A stretch of DNA of 59,376 nucleotides, filler included, from Sluysia triapertura (lineage: Eukaryota): assembly GCA_046118255.1 (NCBI GenBank). It is 4 parts of 4 records of this genome, joined end to end, with 100 filler letters (N's around TTAATTAATTAA, not from the genome) between each part and the next. Parts side by side here need not be neighbours in the genome. Positions count along the whole stretch, not along the records: positions 46,498 to 59,376 come from JBJNIA010075718.1; 3 more parts are not named here. The stretch is one strand, 5' to 3'. The first letter of the stretch is position 1. The number at the start of each line of letters is the position of its first letter. The notes beneath the pieces were generated by a model. The model was given only the letters and a program-made list of their open reading frames with translations. It was not told the DNA's origin and did no database searches. The translations under genes and the position numbers were made by a program. Positions 50,075 to 59,376 of this stretch are shown here, in pieces.

Positions 50075-53000
50075 CTTATATATTTAAGACTATGATTACA
50101 TTTTAAAAGTAATAGATAATTGCCTTCATACTTTGATAAATAATGAATCATATCTTTTTTGTTGAATACTTATAGAGTTAATCATCATCAAATTAAAAGT
50201 AAAATAAAATCTAACCACAAAAACGTTAATAAAAATGTAAATTTAATTAATTTTTATCAAAAATGTACTACTTATAATTGTAAATATTATATTAGTGATA
50301 AAAATCATTTTAAATTAATTTTGATGACGAAAATTATTGAACTTTACTTATGTAAAGGTCTTAATCGTAAAATCTTTGTAAATAGTCTAAAATATTGTAA
50401 TTGTAATAGAATAAAAAAAATTTTTAGAATTAAGTCATTAAATTAAAATTGTTAGAATTATATTATCAGGATTTGAAATTCAATTATTTTCTATTTTTAA
50501 AAACTAGATCTTTTTACTTCAATTGTTTTGTCATTATTGTCTCTGATATTTAAAATTCAATTATTTTGTAATTACTGTAATTACATGGGTATTATCAATA
50601 ATATTCAATTATTTCGTAATTATTGTGATTGTTTACCATTAATTAAATAAACAATGTAAAAGCTTATAAGTAAGAGAGCTCAGAGACGATTTTCAATTAC
50701 ATACCGGAGGTTAAGTTTTCACTCTTCTACCAGCTATTCGTATATATATTCGTTTCTGTTTTTATTTCTTGAAGTCAAGTCCATTGATTCGTAAGTTATT
50801 TTATATTAGATATTCCTTACTATTTTTAAGGAAGCCTAGAATAAGTCCAGGCTCAAAATCTACTTAAATTACGATTGAAATTAATAAAAATCTTATTTCT
50901 AATATTTATCTTTTGATTATAATTTTTACTTTTGCTACTTTTATATATTAATTGACTTATTTGTTGATATAATTTGCAAACAAATAAGTTTGTATTTACT
51001 TTACTTTGTTAGTTATGAAGTTCTATATGCTCACTGACATAATGTTAAAAACACATATTAGACGTAAACACTCCATTTATTCTAAAAACTTGTGGATTTG
51101 TTTTCCTTTAAGGATATAAATCACGGACTACAGGCGAACCCGTAAGTGAAATTTATATTTGTTGCAACAGTTACATAGAGAAAAACTTCTAGCACTTACA
51201 AACTTTAGTAAGACAAATTTTCATGGTAAGTAAAAAGACAAATTGCACACAAATATTTATTAATGCAGTACTTATAAAAATTATATACAAAGTACTTTTG
51301 TGTTAAAAAATGTAGGCATAATGCCAAACATTTTAAATGTGCACAATAATTGCTATATTTTTTTATATATAATGTACGTTAAGTTGTGTATTTTATTTTT
51401 ATGCATAATATTGATGTATTATAAATAATAATAATAATACATTTACTTTAAAAAAGTAATTGAATTTATAATGAAAAAATGATATCAAAGACAAAATGAC
51501 AAAATAAATATTAATGGAAATGTAAAAGCAATTTAATTTATATTTAATGGAAAATGTTAAAATATTTTTAATGGAATTATAAATGGATTTTATTTTTATT
51601 TGAATAAAAATTAATGGATTTTTAATTTATTTAATGGCATTTTCTTATTTGCTTATTAAAAGAAATCTTATAGGTACGTCCTTTTGCTGTAAAAGATAAA
51701 TCGTACACTACAGGAGAACCCGCATAAAGTAATTTTGCTCATAGGTGACTAACTTTTAAATAAAAACCTAACATGTCAAAAGTTAATTTATGTACATTAA
51801 TCAAAATTTACTTTTGATAATATTAAAACTTATTAAATTATGAATCATTTTATAAAATAATAGAAAATAAATTAAATTGCTTTTATTGTAGAAATTACAA
51901 GTCATAAATTTATTTATTTATTAAATGTATTATTAATTTAAAATTATATTTAATTCAAAATATTCTTTTACTTCATTTACAATCTTATTCATCTATCAGA
52001 CGAATCCAGTGAACATGATTGCAATATTTATTTAAATTTATACGACTGAAATTTTAGATGCAAATTATTTTTGTTTTTGTGATTAAAATATTAAATATTA
52101 AATTAAAATTAAATGTATTTTCGTACTTAAAACAAACTTATTTGATATGTGGACCTAATGAATTCAACTGGCAAGTAATATTCGTTTTTTGTGGCAGGTG
52201 AAAATATTTTTCTGAATGAAATAATGTATAAAAGACAGATATTTAAAAATGCAACATTAAATTAATACATTACTTTTATTTTACATATAAAATAACAAAT
52301 ATGATTTACATTATCAGTCTGTGAATGCTCTACAAAAGATTAATCATATACATGAATTAACAGTTTTTAATCACCAGGTTAAATGCCACGCTAATTTTAC
52401 GTGACTGCCCATTTGGCCAAATTGAATTTTTCGGTTTGTGTTTCTAGTAATCTTGGCTTCGCCGGTCATCGGCGACCTCCGTAGTGCTACGGACAAACTC
52501 AGTGCCGGTTTTAGAAAGAAAGAAATTTTATTGATATTATAGATTAAATGTTCATTATATTTGAAATGTTTAAGTTAATGTTATTTCGATAAACAAGAAT
52601 AAAATAATAAATAAAGTCCAATATATTTACTAAAAACTTGATGTCAAATCCAAAACATATTGGGAAACCATTGTTCAGAGATATTAAAAAAGCATACTTC
52701 GTTAATCATATCATCTAAGCTAATGATTACCATTATCCTATATTACCATTAAAATTAAATCGTACATTGCGGAAAGTAATTGTAAAATATATGCAGAAAA
52801 CACTTATGGTTGCTAAATATTGTGATTTTTGATTAATCACATAAATAATTGAATTGTCTTATTGTGCCTAATACTAATTTTAGTAATAGTTTTATACGAT
52901 CATAATCGACACTTGTTTCGTTACTGGAAAATAATGAAATACAGATTTTAACTAAACTTAATAAGCAGATTAAAATAACTTGTTTTAAAATGACATAATA

Positions 53001-53407
53001 TTATCATGAACTTGATTTTTTTAATATAAGTAAATTTCAAAAATCACCTAATAATTCATCGGCATGTGGACTTGAATTAATTTCAGTAATACTCCTTTTC
53101 CTCTTTACAATTTGTAATACTTGTATTAGCAATGTTCTCAAAACTCTCAACAACATCGTACAGCGAAAATGCTAACTGAACTAGTTTTCTGAAATCTAGA
53201 GTAATGTTGAATGTTCAATTTTGGGAATTATATTTGATGATTCTGAAGAATAGCTTCCGAATTTTGACGATATTTGAGGGTAGCTACAAAAGGATGACTT
53301 GGATTTAATTCTAAATCATTTGATAACAATGAATTGAAAAAATACCGGATTGTTCTTCACTTTTTAAAGATTGAGGAACACAAATATATTTGTTAGACTT
53401 CGTAAAA

Positions 53408-53479
53408 TGGACTGACCGGGGATCGAACCCGGGACCTTCGATGCGCAGTGCGAATGCTATACCACTGAGCTATCAGCCC
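53408..53479 (-). tRNA. tRNA-like gene (Ala-type acceptor, aberrant anticodon arm); pseudo-tRNA or SINE-like
   Basis: GGGCTGA/TCAGTCC-A acceptor with G3:U70, A-box TAGCTCAGTGG, perfect T arm CCGGG-TTCGATC-CCCGG and an immediate TTTT terminator. The anticodon arm does not form a canonical 5 bp + 7 nt structure. Confidence 0.7.
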
Positions 53480-53634
53480 CGTCTAACAATTTCATTTTCA
53501 ATATATTCAATTATACTACTTGACACTTTTTAGGCCTTTTACCCTAACATATATATATATATATATTTCAGGTTCCCATTCATTGTCCAAATTAACTGTT
53601 AATTATAGAATATTTTAGGTAGATAATTTGAGGA

Positions 53635-53841
53635 ATGCTTAAAGAAACGGGACCGCAAGTTACCATTAAACAACTATTCGGTCGTCTGATGATTCTGACA
53701 TTATTTGACTTAAGAGCCATTGCTTATGTGAAAAAAGATCTAATCCCATGTTATATACTTTGTAGTCAAGTAATGAATAACAAGTTTAGTCATTATGAGA
53801 CGAAAGTGCAAAAATATCTGGTGAAACCAAAAATTACCTAG
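53635..53841 (+). mobile_element. Possible hAT (ZBED5/Buster-like) N-terminal relic
   Basis: PCYILCSQVMNN...SHYETK...LVKP resembles PxCVICxxVLSN...RHLETKH...KP. Confidence 0.4.
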
Positions 53842-54415
53842 ACACATTTAATTTCGATGACAGTTATTGTGCTGTTTACATCAAAAACTAAGATAAGAGC
53901 TTACATTTGGATAGTAAAATTTGAAAAACACAATGGAAGTCGAGTTATCAATAAAATATATTAACTAAATTAGTAGTCTAAAATTATCATGAATTTTTCG
54001 AAATCATAGGTAAGTTATTGTTATTTATGGATAATCAGTATTAATGAAGGTATTGTTCTCCCAGAGAACAATTGATGTACATAAAAACCACATTGTGAAA
54101 CTACAATTATTATTAGAAATATATCATTATCAATATATTTCACATAGATATAGTTTCTAAAAAATGGCTAAAATTAAGCACTAATATAAACATTATTTTT
54201 TACACTATAAATAGATAATTATATAATAAAAATTAAAATAATTTATCATATTGTTATTTGGTGTTAAATATATGAATTTATTCATGTTCAGTACTAAATA
54301 TAATTTCAATATCTGTAAATTGAGGTGAATTAAAAATACTAAGCCAAATGAGTATATATTACTCTTATCTGAAAGTAATTTATATGAAACATCTCTATTA
54401 TAATAATTGTTGCAG

Positions 54416-54898
54416 GATCAAACAATAGAAATTGATAATTATCAATCAACAATTGCAATGCTAGAAACAGAATCACAAGACAGATCGTGCAAGCTTAATG
54501 AACTTCTTCAACGAAACAATCAAAATGAAGAATTAATACAAAATCTTCAATTATCAGCAAGGGACTATGAATCACAACTGTTATTGAAACGTACACAAGA
54601 AGCGGAATGTCAAAAAATAGTAACGGATCAGAAAAAAGAACTAGAAAAACAACAGCAGTCGTTTTCTGTTCAAATTATAAAATTTGAAAATCATTTGAAA
54701 AATGCAGAAGACATTATTTTATCTAAAATCAAATTGATAACTAGTTTGGAGATGAAATTGGCAAATTATGATCAAGAATTTTCAAGACATAATAACGAAA
54801 TGACTGAATTGAAGAAAGAATTACATACTATGCAGTGTACACTGGATGTGGAAATTCAAAAACATGAAGAAACCAAAAGTGCAAAGGACATTGTAGAG
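54416..54898 (+). CDS. Exon of a long coiled-coil protein
   Basis: CAG acceptor and GAG|GTTAAG donor, phase 0-0. E/Q/K/L-rich heptad sequence. Confidence 0.85.
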
Positions 54899-56564
54899 GT
54901 TAAGTGTAATTTTATATAAAATTTCATTACTAAATTACTAACATAAAACATGTCATGTCATATTAGATTGGCTATAAGAATCTTATTGTTCAAGGAACAT
55001 TAATCGTTGGAATACTAGTTTATTTGAAAAGTAAGATTGATATAAGTAAATAGACAAAACTAATGACATAAATGAGTTACCGACAGAAATCACTTTATGT
55101 ATTACTAAAAATGAGAAATAATTTCAAATAAAAGGCAAATAGTTGGCTAGTGTATTTTAAAATGACAATCTATAATTTGTGTCGTCTTTAAATGAAATGA
55201 AATGACTTATCCTAGTAAGCATTAACGGTATTACATAATTATCCGTAAAAAGAAGTTTTCACGTCAAAGAGAATTCACAAATTTCCCGAGAAGATACAGA
55301 AAACCACACATTATTCTTATACTGAAAAAAGGTTTATAGAATTCATCTTCAAAAGCGACAAAATTAAACCAAGAGTATTCAGGTAGTGTAACGTTTTATT
55401 TCAGTTAACAGATAATGCATAAGTGCGAAAATTATTCATAGTTTAAATAAAACAATTCAACAATAAACATTTTCTAGGTTAAATCATGTGCAGTGAGCTC
55501 AAAGTCAAAACGCATCAATCATAAACATATCCATAGCCGAGCATTTCTTATAAATAAAATATAAAACACAAACATAAATTTCATTGCACTACAAATTTTA
55601 ACTATCACAGAGTCTTACAATCAAAATTTGTTAAATCATTTAACATTTTTTTAAAATTATTGTTCTTTTAGTTTGCTAATTTTGTTTTTACTTTTGTATG
55701 TATGTATGTTGGCATTGTATCATAATTATCACAAATATTTAATTACAAACTATTTAGGGTACGCAATGTGTGTAAGTTTTTTACATTTGTACATGAATAT
55801 CATTTTAAATAATTTGAATAATGTTTTAAGTGATTACATAATGAGTCATAATTATGCAAATTCAATACAGGTGTTAATTTCAATTATTATGGATTCGCAA
55901 ACCAACATACATTTATTTAATCGAGTTTATTAGAACATTTACGATTTTCTTACTGAAATGAACATTAATTATTCATTTCTTTCATTTTATGTATTAATTT
56001 TTGAACCTTAGTTATGAAAATAAGATGACATTAGTTTATAAGGAGTTTATGGACAATAGAAAGAAAATATTCGAATGAATGAGATAATTTGAAAGGAAAT
56101 AATGTAAACTAAATTAAAAAGGATATTGTTGTACATTCAAATTCATGTATTTTGATGTGAAGAGGTGCATACACTTTGTAGTGATTTGAAACTTTAAATC
56201 CTATTTACCAAAAATTCACGCATTTTGGTAAACAAACTACATCATAAAGAGGCGTATTATTTTAGCAATAAAAATGAAAAATAATTAATTAATCGATAAA
56301 TAAATTAAAAATTACGCAATAGACAACTTTACACCTATTTTGGTATCATCCAATAGTACTGTTAATTTTTATGTGAGACAATTCACCTTGAAACAGATAT
56401 TTACACTACCGAATTTTTAATCCAATCATTTACTGATGAAAGCAAATTACCAGTTAATGATAGTAGTGGTCGAACATATAGAAATAAATGTAAAAAGTAC
56501 AGCATGATTCCATGTAATAAATATATCGTCACATTTTATATGATAGATTGATTGGTAAAATTGA

Positions 56565-56720
56565 CATTAAAACTATCAGAAAGTTTAATGTATAATGAAA
56601 CAGTAACAAAAATTAATTTAACTGATAATTGTCTAGGTAACGTCGGTATTAATCCGTTTGTATTAATGCTACGTTCTACAGAATTAAATTTGACTTATAA
56701 TCGATTAACTATTGTATGCT
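56565..56720 (+). pseudogene. RI-like LRR fragment (LRRC74-like)
   Basis: LSESLMYNETVTKINLTDNCLGNVG...MLRSTELNLTYNRL shows LxxNxxxxxLxLxxNxLG repeats with an apparent internal deletion. It lies in an intron of the coiled-coil gene. Confidence 0.55.
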
Positions 56721-56949
56721 CACAACATAAGATTGATTAACTTATAATTAAAGGTGTTTCTCAACATGGTTCCGCTTCTGCACGCTAAGAAAAATACAGA
56801 AATGAATGTGTAAAAGTACTCTTATAACACTTTATATTATCAGCTGATGAAATGAAAGCTTGAGTGGAGTTTTCGATTAAAACTTTATCGAAATCATACG
56901 CCTTCGGTAAAATGACTTTAAAAATCAATTCTAAATGCATGTTCGAAGA

Positions 56950-57520
56950 ATATAGGGCCAAATTCATTAGAAATCTTGCTTGAATCCCCAGAAAATGGAA
57001 TTCGGGGTATTAGAATTCGCTAAATCGATCGAAGACTATTGAAGACGTCCAACAATTATTAGCATAAAAAGAATTCGGCGAAGAGGAATCAATTCTGAAA
57101 ACGACATCTTTGATGAAAATTGTGAAGTTACTCTAAAAAAGTTACTGGAAGAACTTACCTTAGCAAATCATTTATTTTACATGAAGACCCTTGGATCAAA
57201 AGAAGCCCAAAACACATTTTTAAAGAGGGCATAATATACAAAAAAAATCCTAGCGAAGAAACGTTTCAGAAAGTGATGATATCGTTCGACCTAAAAGACG
57301 ATTTTGTCTCATTGTTCTGAACAGTTATGAAGAAGAAATTAAATAAAATGAGCTTGAATTAAATGAGAACATAAATTTATGGTTTACTTCCGGTTTTTTG
57401 TTTCATACATGTTTATATTTTTAATAAAAACTGTTGAATTCAAAAAATATTGTGTTTTAAAAGTTTCTGGAACGTATCCCTCCATTTTGTATAGATTGTT
57501 AGTTTCGGATAAGAACCTTT
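56950..57520 (+). mobile_element. Probable pogo/Tigger 3' relic
   Basis: IEDVQQLL...FILHEDPWIKRS resembles the Tigger C-terminal DIEELL...DPxxERS region. The downstream GGAACGTATCCCT resembles the subterminal motif of the 38-kb MITE (GTAACGTATCTAC). Confidence 0.4.
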
Positions 57521-57663
57521 CTACCCTATTAAGGATATATGCATGTATGTTTTAAAAATTTTAATGTGAAGCATTCTATAGTCAAATCTAAACAATTTTT
57601 GCAATTTTTACTTCATTTGTTATTACCTAATTGATTAAATATTCATTTGATTAATATATTCAG

Positions 57664-58373
57664 AAGCATCTCGAAAGTATGATTCAAAACAGTGACAAAA
57701 ATCAACGTGAACTGCTTAGTATTAATAATGCATCAAATGAACTTCGTCGAGAACTTGATCGTAAAACACGTGAAATTGAAGATCTTAAACAATTGCTGGA
57801 CGAACGAGATCAGACTGTTTTAGATAATCGAGGAATTATCAGAAGAACCGAACAACAAATGAAGGAAATCGAAGAATGTTATAATAGAATACAGCTTGAT
57901 TTTTATATGTTACAGAAAGATAAATTTGAAAAAGACAATTATGTTAAATTATTGTTAGAAGTAATTGAAGAAAAAGTGGAGAAAATGGAATTACTGCAAG
58001 AAGAAATGTGCATTTTTAAAATAAAATAAAGGAATCAAGCAACAAAGTACGAGGATATGAAGATTGCATGAGACAATCCTCGTCATGAGGATCAACTTTG
58101 GAAATGGAGGCTGAGGCACTACACCAATCAAATCAACGTACGAAACGTCAAAAAGAAGAAGCTTATCAGGTTCTCAGTGAACGAAATATGATCATTGGTC
58201 AATTAAAAGCGCAAATGGAATCAAATTTTTCTGAAACGGAAACTCAAGAGTATACATTTCAAACAGTTTCTAATATCGAAAATCAGCAAAATCCAAATTT
58301 ACAATTGAAACAACAGCGATATAGTTCATTTACAGAAAACGTCAACATTATGATTAAAAGAAACAATAGATAA
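57664..58373 (+). CDS. Further coiled-coil coding region of the same gene, with a frame break near 58025 and an in-frame TGA at about 58086
   Basis: CAG acceptor at 57661-57663, phase-0 compatible with the 54898 donor. Heptad-rich sequence continues through ORFs 57679-58029 and 58098-58373. Confidence 0.7.
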
Positions 58374-58490
58374 CTTTTAAATGCTCACAAGCTATTCTCA
58401 GTAATTTCATATATCAAAACTTATAATTTGTATCCCTTGGTTTGCAAAAATGAAGTAGAACATTGTTATTAAATAAATGGTAGAAAATGA

Positions 58491-58961
58491 CCGCGCGGTA
58501 GTGTATCACATATCTTGCCTTTAAATGAAGATCAAGATTTGTACGAAGAAGTTACAACTGTAGAATTAGTGAAAAAACCTAATAAAGGCTTGGGTATCAG
58601 TGTTGTAGGACGAGAGGGAGCTCGCGGCGTTTATGTTTGTGATATTGTTAAAGTAGGAGTGGCAGATGCAGATAGTAGATTACGAAGTGGTGATCAAATT
58701 TTTGAAATTAATGGAGCCGATCTGAGGCAAGCTGTACAAGAGGAAGCAGCTACAAAATTAAAGTGTTTGATGGGTAATATTGTTCTCAAAATTGGTGGTC
58801 TACATATCACTAGAATCCGCTTTACACCAAGTTATTTAATACCAAAAGATGACCCTGACAATAATTACGACAAATTAACCACTAAAGCAATAAGTAATCA
58901 TACTGGAGCTCATTCACCTGCAAGCAGAACTCTTTTGGCTAGCCCAGCTCATGCTCGATAG
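58491..58961 (+). CDS. Single PDZ domain of MPDZ/PATJ type, possibly a decayed fragment
   Basis: TVELVKKPNKGLGISVVGR...GVYVCDIVKVGVADADSRLRSGDQIFEINGADLRQAVQEEAATKLKC closely follows an MPDZ C-terminal PDZ (ELQKKPGKGLGLSIVGKR...GVFVSDIVKGGIADADGRL..GDQIL.VNG.D.R.A.QE..A..LKC). Confidence 0.85.
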   Translation, partial: PRGSVSHILPLNEDQDLYEEVTTVELVKKPNKGLGISVVGREGARGVYVCDIVKVGVADADSRLRSGDQIFEINGADLRQAVQEEAATKLKCLMGNIVLKIGGLHITRIRFTPSYLIPKDDPDNNYDKLTTKAISNHTGAHSPASRTLLASPAHAR

Positions 58962-59376
58962 TAGTAATATATATATTCTCGTATACTAATTTAAATATTG
59001 AAACAAAATTTATGTATGTAAACATAAAGTATTTAATTTCGGTGGTATAAATTCTAGTTCAATGTGATGTATTTTTACATTGTTTTATATAAATAAAGCT
59101 GACGAAATTTCAATTTTTCTCAAGAAATCTCATTTAAATACAGCAAAATATTAAATTAATAATGAATTTCGATTTTATATCATTATATCTTTATATAACA
59201 TAAAATAAATAAAAATTAAAAAAAATTGATTTTTTTAAATACTGGTGATGTTTATGAATTAAACATGCATTCTGAAGAGAATGGTCAACAGATTCATTGG
59301 ACTCGGGTTTTTGCTGAAGTTTTAATTATTGGTTTTATTTCTATTGGAGCCCGTGTTATATGTAATCATTTATTTA

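Noticed and set aside
540-58961. Alternative genetic code suggested by frequent in-frame stops
   Set aside because: The NAGS, LRRC14-like and 834-aa exons are stop-free under the standard code. Stops of all three types co-occur with frameshifts in relics.

Overview
Very AT-rich eukaryotic (metazoan-type) DNA with GT-AG spliceosomal introns. It consists of four contigs joined by three identical artificial 100-nt spacers (44 N + TTAATTAATTAA + 44 N), so neighbouring contigs may be unrelated. Host genes I can support: three exons of a vertebrate-type N-acetylglutamate synthase (NAGS, minus strand), four exons of an LRRC14/PRAME-family gene (minus), a 2.5-kb terminal exon encoding a Lys/Glu/Ser-rich protein with about 9 (K)PENDIIPGLK repeats and SILK + RVxF-like motifs, and a coiled-coil gene followed by an MPDZ/PATJ-like PDZ domain. 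Most of the rest is decayed mobile DNA: hAT/Buster, piggyBac, pogo/Tigger (including a clean 105-bp MITE), L2 and other non-LTR RT relics, Ty3/gypsy relics with a tRNA-Trp PBS, and a Polinton integrase plus minor-capsid-like relic. Isolated broken fragments of conserved host genes (PDE5/11-like, SMG8, LRRC74-like) are also scattered through it. The most unusual feature is at about 32.1-37.1 kb: a run of intronless, co-oriented minus-strand ORFs. These reconstruct as a decayed retropepsin-motif plus multi-membrane-module polyprotein with a PPxY motif, followed by a RING-H2 ORF and a further ORF relic, which suggests an endogenous virus or an unclassified enveloped mobile element. All homology calls come from manual translation and recalled family motifs, not from database searches. 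Relic boundaries are approximate.
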